Assembly (NCBI GenBank): GCA_014859735.1
Contig: JACUTR010000001.1
Location: forward strand, 1 to 59,395
DNA from: Candidatus Methanophagales archaeon
GTDB lineage: Archaea > Halobacteriota > Syntropharchaeia > Alkanophagales > Methanospirareceae
DNA: 59,395 nucleotides
Direction: 5' to 3'
This document shows, in pieces, positions 44,009 through 55,221 of the stretch. Within the stretch, counting starts at the first letter, position 1. Each line of letters opens with the position of its first letter. The notes under the pieces are model-generated. The model did not search any database, had not been told where the DNA came from, and was given only the letters and a program-made list of their open reading frames with translations. A program made the translations under genes and the position numbers.

Positions 44009-45841
44009 ATGGCCAAAACAATAGGTATAGATGTGGGAACGAGCAATTCGGCTGCGGCTGCGCTCATAGGTGGTAAGGCCACGATAATACCGAGTGCCGA
44101 AGGGACGAGCCTTGGCGGTAAAGCCTTCCCTTCCTATGTGGCATTTACAAAAGATGGCCAGAGGCTGGTTGGAGAACCTGCGAAAAGACAAGCGGTCTCC
44201 AATCCAGAAGGTACGATAACAGCGATTAAACGAAAGATGGGAACTGATTATAAAGTGAAGGTTCATGGCAGGGAGTACACGCCGCAGCAGATCACTGCCT
44301 TCATACTCCAGAAGATAAAAACCGATGCAGAAGCATTTTTGGGCGATAAAGTTGACAAGGCGGTCTTGACCGTACCGGCATACTTCAATGACAATCAGAG
44401 GACGGCGACAAAGGATGCGGGTAGAATTGCAGGCATGGAAGTGGTTAGAATAATTAATGAGCCAACCGCCGCAGCACTTGCTTATGGGATTGACAAAACA
44501 GAGAAAGATCAGAAGATCCTGGTATACGATTTTGGTGGTGGCACTCTTGACGTAACGATTATGGAGTTCAGTGAAGGCGTATTCGAGGTCATATCCACGA
44601 GTGGCGACACCCAATTGGGTGGCACCGATATGGATACCACAATCGTGAATTACGTGGCGGGGGAGTTCAAGAAGGAATCGGGAATAGATGTACGGAACGA
44701 CAAGATGGCGTTGCAAAGGTTGAGAGAGGCAGGTGAAAAAGCGAAGATCGAACTCTCGAATGTGCTTGAGACTGACATCAATCTGCCATTCATTACGGCG
44801 GATGCCACGGGCCCGAAGCATCTGGTCATGAAGCTCACCCGAGCGAAACTGGAGGAACTCGTACGGCCGATCGTTGATAAATGTAAAGGCTCAATTGATC
44901 AGGCATTGAAAGATGCGAAACTCACTCCAGAGGAGATCACCAAGATCATATTCGTCGGCGGACCAACGAGGATGCCGATAGTCCAGAAATTTGTCGAGGA
45001 TTACGTGGGTAGAAAAGGGGAGCGCGGTGTTGATCCGATGGAATGTGTGGCGATGGGTGCTGCAATACAAGCGGGCGTATTAACCGGAGAAGTGAAGGAT
45101 GTGGTGCTTTTGGATGTCACGCCACTTTCCTTGGGCATTGAGACGTTAGGCGGCATATTTACCAAATTAATCGAACGGAATACCACGATTCCCACGAGGA
45201 AGGGTGAGATATTTTCGACTGCGGCAGATAGTCAGACGAGTGTTGAGATCAACGTTCTACAAGGTGAGCGCGAATTTGCACGAGATAACGTCAGTCTGGG
45301 GCGATTTCATCTGATGGGTATCCCGCCAGCGCCACGGGGCGTGCCTCAAATCGAGGTTACCTTCGATATCGATTCCAATGGCATCTTAAATGTCACCGCT
45401 AAGGATTTGGGAACGGGAAAGCAACAGGCGATCACGATCACAGCCTCGACAAAACTATCGCAAAGTGAGATCGATCGGATGATGGAGGATGCAAAGCGAT
45501 TTGAAGAGGAGGATAAAAGGCGTCGCGAGATTGTTGAGACGAAGAACCAGGCTGAGAATCTTATATATACCACCGAAAGATCTCTCAGGGATTTGTCCGA
45601 CAAGGTTACGAGCGACGAACGAACGAAGATCACTGCACTCATCGAACGACTAAGAGAGACGGTAAAGAGCGAGGATGTCCACAAAATGCGGGCTGAGATG
45701 GAAGAACTGACACGTGCATTCCACGACATCTCAATGCGCGCCTATCAACAAGCAGGAGCGCAGTATCAGCAACGAGAGGCTCCTAAGGAAGAAAAAGGAC
45801 CCAGGGATGCGGAATACAAGGTGATGGATGAGGAGGAATAA
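44009..45841 (+). CDS. dnaK: Chaperone DnaK (Hsp70)
   Basis: [31 protein letters not shown] and [10 protein letters not shown]. Confidence 0.99.
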   Translation: MAKTIGIDVGTSNSAAAALIGGKATIIPSAEGTSLGGKAFPSYVAFTKDGQRLVGEPAKRQAVSNPEGTITAIKRKMGTDYKVKVHGREYTPQQITAFILQKIKTDAEAFLGDKVDKAVLTVPAYFNDNQRTATKDAGRIAGMEVVRIINEPTAAALAYGIDKTEKDQKILVYDFGGGTLDVTIMEFSEGVFEVISTSGDTQLGGTDMDTTIVNYVAGEFKKESGIDVRNDKMALQRLREAGEKAKIELSNVLETDINLPFITADATGPKHLVMKLTRAKLEELVRPIVDKCKGSIDQALKDAKLTPEEITKIIFVGGPTRMPIVQKFVEDYVGRKGERGVDPMECVAMGAAIQAGVLTGEVKDVVLLDVTPLSLGIETLGGIFTKLIERNTTIPTRKGEIFSTAADSQTSVEINVLQGEREFARDNVSLGRFHLMGIPPAPRGVPQIEVTFDIDSNGILNVTAKDLGTGKQQAITITASTKLSQSEIDRMMEDAKRFEEEDKRRREIVETKNQAENLIYTTERSLRDLSDKVTSDERTKITALIERLRETVKSEDVHKMRAEMEELTRAFHDISMRAYQQAGAQYQQREAPKEEKGPRDAEYKVMDEEE

Positions 45842-46007
45842 AAAATAAACAAATCTAAATAAACAGATATACCAAAATCTACGAATAGCCACTAGCCATG
45901 TGAGTATACTCATGTGGGCATTGCTTATTCATCTACCTGGGGATTTTCTAAGAGATGCACTATTACCCGGAAGATAATCCAACCGAGACTGAAGTAGGGG
46001 TAGTATA

Positions 46008-47144
46008 ATGCCAAAGAAAGATTATTACGAGGTACTTGGCGTTAGCAGAGAAGCTACCGAAGAAGAGATTAAAAAAGCATATCGAAGGCTGGCGAAGCAA
46101 TACCATCCCGATGTGTATAAAGGTGACAAAAAAGAGGCGGAAGAGAGATTCAAGGAGATTTCAGAGGCATATGAAGTGTTAGTGGACCGGGATAAACGTG
46201 CGAAGTACGACCAAATTGGTGAACGGGTAGTGGATGAAGCTTTTGGCCCTGGAGGTTTCGACTGGACTCACTTCACGCATTATCGTGACGTTGAGGACAT
46301 CTTTGGAAGCGCTATATTTGAAACCTTTTTTGGCTCTGCATCGAGTCCCGGCTTTTCGAGTCGAGGCGGAATATTTGATACCCTGTTTGGGACACAGGAG
46401 GGGATCGAAAGGCCGATTCGGGGGGCGGATCTTCGTTTACAATTAGATATTACGTTAGAGGATGCAGCTCGGGGTGTGGAGAAGATGATCGAAGTTCCGA
46501 TGGCCCGAGTATGTAAGGCGTGTGGCGGTTCAGGAACTCGTTCTGGGAAATCGAGTGAGTGTCCCTCGTGCAAGGGTGCTGGTCAGATAAGAGCAGTGCA
46601 AACCAGGGGGAGTACCCGTGTGATAACAGCTACGGTTTGTCCTGAGTGTAAGGGCACTGGAAGAGCCACTTACGACCTCTGCAGCCTCTGCGGCGGAACA
46701 GGCAGGGTATCAAAGCGAACTAAGATAGCGCTTAAGCTTAAGAAAGGTGTTTATACTGGCTATGAGATAAAGATCCCCAAAGCGGGAAGACCTTCTGAGT
46801 CCAGGATTGGCGGAGAACCAGGTGACCTGTACGCGGTAGTAAACGTTTTACCACATCGGATCTTTGAGAGACGAGGAAATGACCTTTATATGAGAACGCC
46901 GGTAGGTTTCATGCAGGCAGCCTTAGGCGATGAGGTTACGGTCATGACGATAGACGGTAAGCAGGTGAAGGTAAAAATTCCAGCGGAAACGCAGACAAAC
47001 AGCGAATTTCGTTTGCGGGGGCTGGGAATGCCCAGACTCGAGGGTGGTCAGGGAGACCTGTATGTGGAAGCGATCGTGCAAACGCCACGGAATCTGACGA
47101 AGAGACAGAAGGACCTGTTACGAGAGGCGTTAAGCGGTACGTAG
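46008..47144 (+). CDS. dnaJ: Chaperone DnaJ
   Basis: J-domain HPD and four CxxCxGxG repeats. Confidence 0.97.
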   Translation: MPKKDYYEVLGVSREATEEEIKKAYRRLAKQYHPDVYKGDKKEAEERFKEISEAYEVLVDRDKRAKYDQIGERVVDEAFGPGGFDWTHFTHYRDVEDIFGSAIFETFFGSASSPGFSSRGGIFDTLFGTQEGIERPIRGADLRLQLDITLEDAARGVEKMIEVPMARVCKACGGSGTRSGKSSECPSCKGAGQIRAVQTRGSTRVITATVCPECKGTGRATYDLCSLCGGTGRVSKRTKIALKLKKGVYTGYEIKIPKAGRPSESRIGGEPGDLYAVVNVLPHRIFERRGNDLYMRTPVGFMQAALGDEVTVMTIDGKQVKVKIPAETQTNSEFRLRGLGMPRLEGGQGDLYVEAIVQTPRNLTKRQKDLLREALSGT

Positions 47145-47148
47145 AAGT

Positions 47149-48033
47149 ATGGAAGAGAAAAGGGCAGAGAGAAAGAGAGCGAAATGGACTAAATTTTGCC
47201 CGAAGTGCGGTAAACAAACGGATATATTCTTTGATTCGGTCTGTGAGGACTGTTTCAGGGAAGGGATAACGTTACTTGAGCCTGGGAACTTAGAGATAAG
47301 CCTGGGTGTGTGCAAGCAGTGTGGCGGTTATTTTAAGGGTAGGGAGCAGACAAGCATAGAGGCAGTAGTTGAAGATTCAGTAAGGAAAGAACTCAGAAAG
47401 AAGTATGGTCTGGGCTGTGAAGTTGAGATAGCGGAATTAAGAAGAGAGATAGAAGAGGAAGAGCGCAGAGCACGTGTGGTTCTGGTTGTGAAAGCAGAGA
47501 TAGAAGGATTGGAGCTCGAAGAAAGAGCTGAGGTAGCGGTTATTTTGAAGCGGGAGACCTGTGAACGCTGTAGCAGGATAGCAGGAGGATATTACGCCGG
47601 TATCGTGCAAGTAAGGGCGGAGGATCGAATTCCAGCGGATGACGAACTCGCCATAGCGGAAGAAATAGCGTATTCCTCCTTAGATGAAGCGGATTTTGTC
47701 TCTAAAGAACGGATGTTGAGAGAGGGGCTTGACATTTATGTCAGCAGTATAGAATGTGGTCGTAGGATTTCGAGGGGGATAGTGAAGCACTTGGGTGGCG
47801 GGTTTTCGGAGAGTCGGAAATTATATGGACGAAAAGAAGGCAAGGATATCTACCGTGTCTCGTTTTCGGTGAGGCTTCCAGGGTTTAAGGAAGGTGATTC
47901 AGTGGCACTAGATGATCGGGTGATTTCAGTGGAGAAGGTGATAGAAGGAAAGGGAATTAAGGGCGTGGATACAAAGACGGGTAAGCCTCTCTTCTTGAGT
48001 AAGAAAGAGATGATGAGGGCAAGGAGGATTTAA
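47149..48033 (+). CDS. NMD3-family ribosome biogenesis protein
   Basis: Four CxxC pairs, CSRIAGGYYAGIVQVR and KLYGRKEG. Confidence 0.9.
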   Translation: MEEKRAERKRAKWTKFCPKCGKQTDIFFDSVCEDCFREGITLLEPGNLEISLGVCKQCGGYFKGREQTSIEAVVEDSVRKELRKKYGLGCEVEIAELRREIEEEERRARVVLVVKAEIEGLELEERAEVAVILKRETCERCSRIAGGYYAGIVQVRAEDRIPADDELAIAEEIAYSSLDEADFVSKERMLREGLDIYVSSIECGRRISRGIVKHLGGGFSESRKLYGRKEGKDIYRVSFSVRLPGFKEGDSVALDDRVISVEKVIEGKGIKGVDTKTGKPLFLSKKEMMRARRI

Positions 48034-48057
48034 GTAAGTGGTATTGTATTGTTTCCT

Positions 48058-48096
48058 TGGCTCTGCTCATGACGTACAAAGCCCTGTAAGAGCTTA
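48058..48096. repeat. GC-rich palindromic repeat, degenerate copy G
   Basis: tggctctgctcatgacg...aagccctgtaagagctta. Confidence 0.6.
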
Positions 48097-48104
48097 TTTG
48101 ATAC

Positions 48105-49457
48105 TTATTGTTTCAGGTACTCTCGCAGCAGAACCGTTGCATACGAGCCTTTAGGCAGGGAAAACTGTACTGCCAGTTTAAATCGTCCGGGATTGAGTTC
48201 GTCTTCGTTAAGGTTATCATCGCTCAACTTCACCTTCACCGGCACCAAGACTGGTCTTCTCGTGCCTTTGGAACTTATTTCCGGCATCTTTTCGATAGAA
48301 AAAGTGCTTAATTCTACCGCTTCATCCCCAAGAACCTGCCTTTCTATCTCTCCTTGCACACCATCTGCAAACTCAGTTTCAGAGCCAACGAGAGGAGCAG
48401 TGACAAAAGCCCTTCCCCGCTTTATCAGCCGGTTTATGCCCTCTATTTTAGCTTCGGTGACGTTCTCCACCTTATCCGGGTCCGCAATTCCAAGATCAGT
48501 GTGAAAACAGACCACATCACCCACTACCGCTTCGTTAAAGGGTACGTTTCGTTTCATCCGGTGACTTAAAAGGAGATTGAAGAGATACGCTTGATACGCA
48601 TGAACGAAGAGTTTTTGTAAGTTCTTTGGGAGGACAGAAAAAGCAGAAATGAAATTTGCTTCACCTTCACTACCGCTTTTTACCAGCTCATTCAGCATCG
48701 CTCGTTCGTATCGTAAGAACAATGGCATTCGTTTCAAGCACTCTTTGAGTTCACCATTCCTGCATACCATCCGCGCCTGTTTCGCCTCCTCGCTTTCCTC
48801 TGGGAAGATATCGGAGATGTAAGACATCACCGCTTCTTGTAGTTCACCGTTTATCAGGTGTTTTCCCACGATATGCGTTATCGGGCGGCTGATGCCAAAC
48901 CGCTGAACGCCGAAGAAATTGGGTATTCCGCCCGTATTCTCTATTTCTTTTGTTATCAACTCGATTTTTTCCATTATCTCGTCTTTATTCCCTTCTATGC
49001 CACGAATAACAATCTCAAACTCGTTTCCATAAAGGTCGCCCAAGGAAACGGCTTTGTTCGATCGTCCGATTATTTTAAAGGAGACATCAGCGATTTTTAC
49101 TCGGTTTAGCTCGTCTTCATCGGTATCCCAGATACTAATGCGCTGCGTTGTCAGGGCGAATTTGTCCTTGGTGCCGGCGAACCCAATCCTGTTCCTGCTC
49201 ACGCGCAGCCTCCGTGAGATTTCTCTTATTACGGTATGAGTATCCCAGTTCTCCTTCGTCAGTTCTGCGATTAAATATCTCCCCTCTAACGGGGCTTCGC
49301 CCCGTTGGCCCCGCAAGCCCTGTAAGGGCTTTGTAATCTCACGCACGATGAAGTCAGTGGGTATTGTTTTTATCGTTCCACCTATTCCGTCGGGGTGCGT
49401 TGCGTAAAACCAGATCCCTATCCGTTTTTCGTACTCCGGGCTCTCTTTTAGTTCCAT
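48105..49457 (-). CDS. truD: tRNA pseudouridine(13) synthase TruD with a repeat-derived loop
   Basis: DFIVRE, AGTKDK, GNEFEI, PNFFGVQRFG and GSYATVLLRE. Confidence 0.96.
   Translation of the reverse strand: MELKESPEYEKRIGIWFYATHPDGIGGTIKTIPTDFIVREITKPLQGLRGQRGEAPLEGRYLIAELTKENWDTHTVIREISRRLRVSRNRIGFAGTKDKFALTTQRISIWDTDEDELNRVKIADVSFKIIGRSNKAVSLGDLYGNEFEIVIRGIEGNKDEIMEKIELITKEIENTGGIPNFFGVQRFGISRPITHIVGKHLINGELQEAVMSYISDIFPEESEEAKQARMVCRNGELKECLKRMPLFLRYERAMLNELVKSGSEGEANFISAFSVLPKNLQKLFVHAYQAYLFNLLLSHRMKRNVPFNEAVVGDVVCFHTDLGIADPDKVENVTEAKIEGINRLIKRGRAFVTAPLVGSETEFADGVQGEIERQVLGDEAVELSTFSIEKMPEISSKGTRRPVLVPVKVKLSDDNLNEDELNPGRFKLAVQFSLPKGSYATVLLREYLKQ
49288..49332. repeat. GC-rich palindromic repeat, copy E (in-frame inside truD)
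   Basis: aacggggcttcgccccgttggccccgcaagccctgtaagggcttt; 45 nt encoding [15 protein letters not shown]. Confidence 0.92.
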
Positions 49458-49631
49458 TCCTGTCGATCCTCACCGATTATTCAGGATTGTTTTTACGTGA
49501 ATTTCAGTGACCATGTTATTCGCCTGCTACTGGATTTATTGGAAAGAATTTCATAAATAACGAGGTAGCACGAACTACCGGACGAGACCAAACACGCTAT
49601 TAGGTAAAGTGCTGCTCCCCACCTCGTCACT

Positions 49632-49952
49632 TCAAGATCGTATCATTGTCAGAATCATCTTGAATCTCTTCACTGCTCTCAGAGCATGGGGTTGATTGGC
49701 GGGCATTATAACCATCTCACCTTCCTTCAAGCGAAGAGGTTTGCCCGAGATAACAATTTCTGCTTCACCCTCAAGAAGATAAACCAGGGCATCAAATGGC
49801 GCTGTATGTTCACTCAATCCTTGCCCCTCATCAAACGCGAAAAAGGTTACTGTTCCTGTCTTTTTCTCAATTATCGTTCGACTCACCACAGACTCCTCTT
49901 GATAATCCGCCAAATCAATTAATCTTATCGCGTGCGCTACAAGTTTCTCCAT
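49632..49952 (-). CDS. Cupin domain protein
   Basis: FAFDEGQGLSEHTAPFDA and MPANQPHAL. Start taken at ATG 49952. Confidence 0.9.
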   Translation of the reverse strand: MEKLVAHAIRLIDLADYQEESVVSRTIIEKKTGTVTFFAFDEGQGLSEHTAPFDALVYLLEGEAEIVISGKPLRLKEGEMVIMPANQPHALRAVKRFKMILTMIRS

Positions 49953-50140
49953 GCCTTTCCGTTCCTTATTACGCTCCACCCTTTTCACCTCCCTTGTTCT
50001 CTCAAGCAATTTTGTTTATCCTTGGTAGTGGGTATATCCTCCAATAGTGATATCATCGCCTTGGTACAAGATAATCATTCTTGACCCTTGTATTGTAGGT
50101 ACGATGATTGGTAAGGATAACGTTTAAAGTAAGGTTAAGC

Positions 50141-50200
50141 TTCTCTCAGAGCCGCTTCGGGGTTCAGGGTTAGCGGGTTTTCCAAAGGGCTAAGCACCCA
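50141..50200. repeat. Third repeat family (cagagccgcttcggg...), copy 1
   Basis: ttctctcagagccgcttcggg recurs at ~51271-51290, with variants at ~50448 and ~52920. Confidence 0.75.
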
Positions 50201-50563
50201 AACTCAAAATAAAGATAAATAAAAGACTTAAAGTGAGAATAAGGAGAATTAAATCTTGATAGCTCTCTTTTAACCTTTTATCTCGCCGTGACTTTTCACA
50301 GCCGTGACGTGCGATTTTTTGATTAATTCTCATTGTTTCTTCTCTGTAGTAGTATAGATAGGTAGGAATGCTTATTAAATTAAACTTTTGAGCCGCTTAT
50401 AAGTACGTGAGCTTATTATTTCATCCCTCTCAAAGCTCCTTTCACATCCGCTTCGGGGGTTCAGAGTGCCTTTTACCGCGATAGCGGCCTCACAAAAGGT
50501 AAGCGAGGGGACACTGAGAAGGAGGATGAAGGAAGAAGGTATTTCCACTTATGCTCAGAATAA

Positions 50564-51175
50564 TTACTTCCCTTTTCGATGCGATCTAAGTAAATTGCGA
50601 TAATATCCCTCAGACCATGGTCTTCGGTGAGAAAATATTTTACTTACAAATCTCACATCTTCTACTGAGTAAAACGCATTGGGATTGTATCGTTTGATAA
50701 GTTCTATGATATTTGGAAGATCATGACGATCTATGATAACATAAATGATCTTTACGGGTCCTTCAATGCCTTCAGCATCGGTACTCGTGACTCCATAACC
50801 TTCAGATTTAAGAACCTCTACTAATTTTGATGCCCCCTTCCTGGTAATAATTCGAATAATCTCTGTTCCTATTAACAATTTATTGTCAAGGTAAATGCCA
50901 ACAAAAGTTCCCAGAGCGAAACCACCCGCATAGGCAACATAATAAACAATATTGGCAAAATGTTGAAAGATTTGTCCGATTGCAAGCAGCCAAACCATTA
51001 TCTCAAAAAAACCGACTATCGGGGCAAGATATTTAAAGCCTTTAGAAATAAAGATCACACGAATTGTGCCAAGGCTAACATCTAAAACTCGCGCGACAAA
51101 TATAAACAGTGGTAGGAGAACCAATGCATATATCTCTGAATTGAAGAGGGATAGGTACGCCATAGTTAGTATCAT
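50564..51175 (-). CDS. DUF2179/DUF5698 membrane protein
   Basis: RVLDVSLGTIR, GFFE, YAGGFALG, GYGVT and PNAFYSVEDVR. Confidence 0.9.
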   Translation of the reverse strand: MILTMAYLSLFNSEIYALVLLPLFIFVARVLDVSLGTIRVIFISKGFKYLAPIVGFFEIMVWLLAIGQIFQHFANIVYYVAYAGGFALGTFVGIYLDNKLLIGTEIIRIITRKGASKLVEVLKSEGYGVTSTDAEGIEGPVKIIYVIIDRHDLPNIIELIKRYNPNAFYSVEDVRFVSKIFSHRRPWSEGYYRNLLRSHRKGK

Positions 51176-51330
51176 CTCGAATTAATTCATCGTCTCCTCT
51201 TTTAAAAGTTCGCCTTAGACCTTAGACTTTAACATGAGACACCTAAGATATGAGGAATGGAGAGCAAACTTCTCTCAGAGCCGCTTCGGGATTCGGGGTG
51301 CGTTTTTGGAGGAACCGTTTTTGAATAGAC

Positions 51331-52740
51331 CTACACCGCCTTTTTTAGTAACCCCGCTATATACCGCCGTACCCAGGAGAATGCCACTGATGCACCAATA
51401 ATATTCGCTAGAACCAACCCCCACCAGACTCCCACGAGCCCCCAATCAAAGATGAAAGCGAAGAGGGCTGCGAGCAATGAGGTGAGGATGATCGTCCGTA
51501 AAAGGGTAACGAGCAGCGCATTCATCCCTTTTCCCGTTCCTTGAAAGACCGAAGAAGAGAGCATACCAAACGGTATAGCAGGATAGAAGAGACAAATTAT
51601 CCTGAGAAAGAGTGTCAGATCAGGTGCTATGTGCGCCGCCGCCTCCGCTTGGGTAAACACCGCGGCTATCTGATGGGCGAAAATGAAGGTTGCTCCAGCT
51701 AATGCGGTCTCTATAACGAGGCCTATTTTTAGTGCATATAGATGGAGAACACTGATCTTCCCAAAGGAGCGTGCACCAAATGCAGCACCACTTACCGGGA
51801 CAACGGCGGTAGCGATACCCATTGTTGGCAGGACCGCCATACTCGCCACCCGCCATCCGGTAGAATAGACAGCGACTCCATCAGTCCCGCCTGCCATAAC
51901 GACGATGACCGTCAGTATCAACATGGTGATCGACATGGAGAGCTGCATCACTGAAGATGGTAGGCCAACGCCCAATATATCCTTAACTATCTCCTTATCG
52001 CCTCTGAAATCCCTGAAAGTGAATGAGACATAGGTATCTCTCTTAAAGAGCAGCCAGTTTACCATGACAAGGGAGGTGATGCCCAGGGATAATATGGTCG
52101 CCCATGCCGCACCTGCAATGCCCATACCGAGTGTGTAGATAAAAAGTGGGTCTAATATGATATTGAGACCGGCACCCAGAGCCATGGCATACATAGCTCG
52201 TCGGGCATCGCCCTCACCCCGCAAGATCGCAGTGCCAACATTCGTGAAGAATAAAAAAATACTGCCGGCAAAGATCACCTGGCCATACGCTACGGCCATA
52301 TCTACAATCTTACCCGCACCTATCACCAAGAAGAGGTCTTCCGAAAAAGCAACAAGTGGTAGGGTGTAAGCTATCGCAAGTAGTATCATAATAATGAGTG
52401 TATGAACCGCTACGTTGTCTGCGCCCATCTTATCTCGGGCACCAATTCTTCGAGATAATGCCGAGCCAGTTCCTACACCCAATCCATTGGAGAGTGCCAT
52501 TGCCAGAAAGAAGAAGGGAAAGACGAAACCAATGCCCGCAAGTGCATCAGCACCAAGACCAGAAACCCAAAACGCATCAACGAGATTATAGATTGTCTGC
52601 ATCGACATAGCCGCGATCATTGGTACGGAAAGTTCAATAATAGCCTTTTTGGGATCACCCAGCAAGGTCTTCACGCCTTGCGTTTCCCCCTTCGGAGTTA
52701 ACTCTGCAGACATGACTTCTTCAGTTCGGCTAGCAGGCAT
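51331..52740 (-). CDS. MATE family efflux transporter
   Basis: YNLVDAFWVSGLG, LRGEGDA, NIILDPLFI and GIAGAAWAT. Confidence 0.95.
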   Translation of the reverse strand: MPASRTEEVMSAELTPKGETQGVKTLLGDPKKAIIELSVPMIAAMSMQTIYNLVDAFWVSGLGADALAGIGFVFPFFFLAMALSNGLGVGTGSALSRRIGARDKMGADNVAVHTLIIMILLAIAYTLPLVAFSEDLFLVIGAGKIVDMAVAYGQVIFAGSIFLFFTNVGTAILRGEGDARRAMYAMALGAGLNIILDPLFIYTLGMGIAGAAWATILSLGITSLVMVNWLLFKRDTYVSFTFRDFRGDKEIVKDILGVGLPSSVMQLSMSITMLILTVIVVMAGGTDGVAVYSTGWRVASMAVLPTMGIATAVVPVSGAAFGARSFGKISVLHLYALKIGLVIETALAGATFIFAHQIAAVFTQAEAAAHIAPDLTLFLRIICLFYPAIPFGMLSSSVFQGTGKGMNALLVTLLRTIILTSLLAALFAFIFDWGLVGVWWGLVLANIIGASVAFSWVRRYIAGLLKKAV

Positions 52741-53104
52741 GCACGTATCCTCCTGAGTACCTTTTTTTCAACCATTCTCTACATTCCTCTTTGGTATCGA
52801 ATAATATAGCAGGCAGGGGTGCTGGCGTTACTTATTCCTTTATACGCTTTCCCCTCAAATTTTAAGGTAATTAATAGTGCATTGCAAATCTCTCCTGCCT
52901 CTCTCGCCTTCTAAGCTTCTTCCAGAGCCGTCTTCGTGTTTCGGGTCTGCTTATTACTAATTTACTCCTATAGCCACACGTCCACCTTTTAAGGAAGAAC
53001 TCTACCGAAAGCTTAGATGTCGAAAAAATTATGACAAAATCGAAAGATTTATTATAAAGGACATGTATCGTTATATGGGAGGCGAGTCAAATAAATGGTG
53101 GAAA

Positions 53105-53806
53105 TTAAATCAAATCAATAATCTCTTCCTTCACGTACTGTATGAATTCATCCTTCGTCGCCTTGCTGAAGATCGTTACCACGCCGTTTCTCGTTACGCC
53201 TACCACCGAGCCATACCGTTTCGACTTCAGCACGATGTACCATATCTTCCCGTGCTTCAAATGCTCCACATACATCGAGGTATCACCCAGAGCAGAGCCA
53301 TAAAGAGAGAGCTTCTTGATATTCGGGAGGTCAACATCGTCGAAGAAGATGATCTTTGTATCCTCGAAGTTATCCTCGTGGAAACGCTTGAATCGTTCGG
53401 GCTCGATCCTCACTTCTACTATCCTCCCGGTTGTTATGAAGAGAATCTTACTCAATTGATTTGCGAGATTATTTGCCCTCGCTTTCTTCTCCAGAATGGT
53501 GAGTACCGTCCGCCCTTTCTGCTCTCCTTTTGCTTGCGTGACAAAGAAGAAAGGCGCCTCAGACGTGGTCGGGATGTGTACGCGCTCACCATGGTGATAG
53601 ACATCCAGAAGTTGGTCCTGAATGAACGTGCCATACAGGGAATCACCGACTAAGCGTAAGTCCTTTATCTCGGTTATCAAACTGATGTCTTTGTCATTCT
53701 CTTTCAATCTCTCCTCAGATTTAACCCCTTTCAGCTTTGAGGCTATGGTATGCAAGTCAACATCAATATCCTCTCCAACCCGGAATATCTTCCCTGCTAA
53801 GACCAT
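53105..53806 (-). CDS. Conserved archaeal hypothetical protein
   Basis: 233-aa ATG ORF with typical codon usage (IFFDDVDLPNIKKLSLYG). Confidence 0.75.
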   Translation of the reverse strand: MVLAGKIFRVGEDIDVDLHTIASKLKGVKSEERLKENDKDISLITEIKDLRLVGDSLYGTFIQDQLLDVYHHGERVHIPTTSEAPFFFVTQAKGEQKGRTVLTILEKKARANNLANQLSKILFITTGRIVEVRIEPERFKRFHEDNFEDTKIIFFDDVDLPNIKKLSLYGSALGDTSMYVEHLKHGKIWYIVLKSKRYGSVVGVTRNGVVTIFSKATKDEFIQYVKEEIIDLI

Positions 53807-53896
53807 TTTACGTTCTATACTATGATAGGGTGATGAGATTAAAATACCATTCGAGCTTTGGCTTATTTATAAATGGTGGAAATGTACTTCCGCTCT

Positions 53897-53976
53897 GTGG
53901 CCTCTGCCCATCACGGGCTCCGCCCGTGCCCCCGCAAGCCCAGGAGAGGCTTACCCGCAAGCCCTGTAAGGGCTTA
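53897..53976. repeat. GC-rich palindromic repeat, copy F
   Basis: gtggcctctgcccatcacgggctccgcccgtg...cccgcaagccc (duplicated)...tgtaagggctta. Confidence 0.9.
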
Positions 53977-55218
53977 CCATGAGTAATATTCGGTTACCGC
54001 GACCAGCTCTCCTTCTGCTACTCCTTCCTTATTCTCCGGGATTACGACAAAGCCGTCCGACTTGGTCATGCTGGATAAGATGCCCGAGCCGCTTACCCGT
54101 ATCGGCTCTGCAAAATACCCCTGCTCGGTGCGAAGCACCTTCACACGCACGAAATCGGTTCTCCCAACTGCCGAAGGGATTTTCTTGCTCGCCCGAGCAA
54201 AGATTTTCCTTTGCTCTTCTGTCACACCGTGCATCGCATACAAAAAGGGGCGAACGAGCAGTTCAAACGCAGCTATCGTCGCCACAGGATAACCGGGGAG
54301 AACGAATATCGGCTTGGTGTTGATGATGCCGAAACCGGTTGGTTCCCCGGGTCGAATCGCGACGCCATGGAATATAAGCTCCCCTAAATCCTCGACTGCA
54401 TCACCCAGGAAATCTCTGGTACCTACCGAACTCCCACCACTCACTAATAACCCCTCACACCCTCGTTCTAACGACGAACGGAGTGCGTCCTTTATCTCGT
54501 CGTAATTGTCACGTACTATGCCGATTCTATACGGATTTGCGATCTTTTGCGTTAATGCTGCAAGGGTATAACTATTCGAATCTGCGATCTTCTGTTTCCT
54601 TTGCCACTGGTCGTGCTCGGCCGACTGCAACGCAGGGTCTATCAGCTCGTCGCCCGTGGCGATTATGCCGAGCTTTGCCCTCTTATACACCCTTATCGTT
54701 CTTGTAAAAAGAGATGCGAGCATGCCGAGATCATGAGCTCGCAGTATCTTCCCGGCCTTTAAGATCGCTTCGCCCTTCTTCACATCCTCACCCTGAAAAG
54801 AGACGTTTTTACCCGGTGTAACGGGCTTGAAAATCTCCACGGTATCGCCTCTTTCCCTCGTATATTCGAGCATAACAACCGCGTTGCTGCCTTGTGGCAG
54901 CGGCATCCCGGTTGCTATCGGCACGCAATCACCCTCCGCAAGTTCTGCGCGGTTTTCTTCTCCTCCCCCACTCTTCTTTCTCTTCAAAAGCACGGGATTT
55001 TGCGGAGATGCGCCAAAAGAGTCCTCGCCTCGAATCGCATACCCATCCATCGCAGCCCGGTCAAAAGGGGGGCTGTCGATGGGCGAAAGAATATCTTCTG
55101 CTAAAACCCTGGTCAATGCATCCTCAAATCGGATTTCCTCGAGTTCTGTCCTCTCTGCATGCGGTAACACCGTCTTTAATGCCTCTTCCCATGAGATAAG
55201 CGTACGAAAAAGCTTCAT
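53974..55218 (-). CDS. moeA: Molybdopterin molybdenumtransferase MoeA
   Basis: PPFDRAAMDGYA, TGDEL, SGGSSVG, RPGEP and LPGYP. Confidence 0.96.
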   Translation of the reverse strand: MKLFRTLISWEEALKTVLPHAERTELEEIRFEDALTRVLAEDILSPIDSPPFDRAAMDGYAIRGEDSFGASPQNPVLLKRKKSGGGEENRAELAEGDCVPIATGMPLPQGSNAVVMLEYTRERGDTVEIFKPVTPGKNVSFQGEDVKKGEAILKAGKILRAHDLGMLASLFTRTIRVYKRAKLGIIATGDELIDPALQSAEHDQWQRKQKIADSNSYTLAALTQKIANPYRIGIVRDNYDEIKDALRSSLERGCEGLLVSGGSSVGTRDFLGDAVEDLGELIFHGVAIRPGEPTGFGIINTKPIFVLPGYPVATIAAFELLVRPFLYAMHGVTEEQRKIFARASKKIPSAVGRTDFVRVKVLRTEQGYFAEPIRVSGSGILSSMTKSDGFVVIPENKEGVAEGELVAVTEYYSW

Positions 55219-55221
55219 TTT

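Noticed and set aside
43898..44821. 307-aa minus-strand ORF
   Set aside because: It is the well-known antisense shadow of dnaK, and its end runs into repeat copy D.
53063..53653. 196-aa plus-strand ORF
   Set aside because: It is antisense to the better-supported 53105-53806 gene and has atypical composition.
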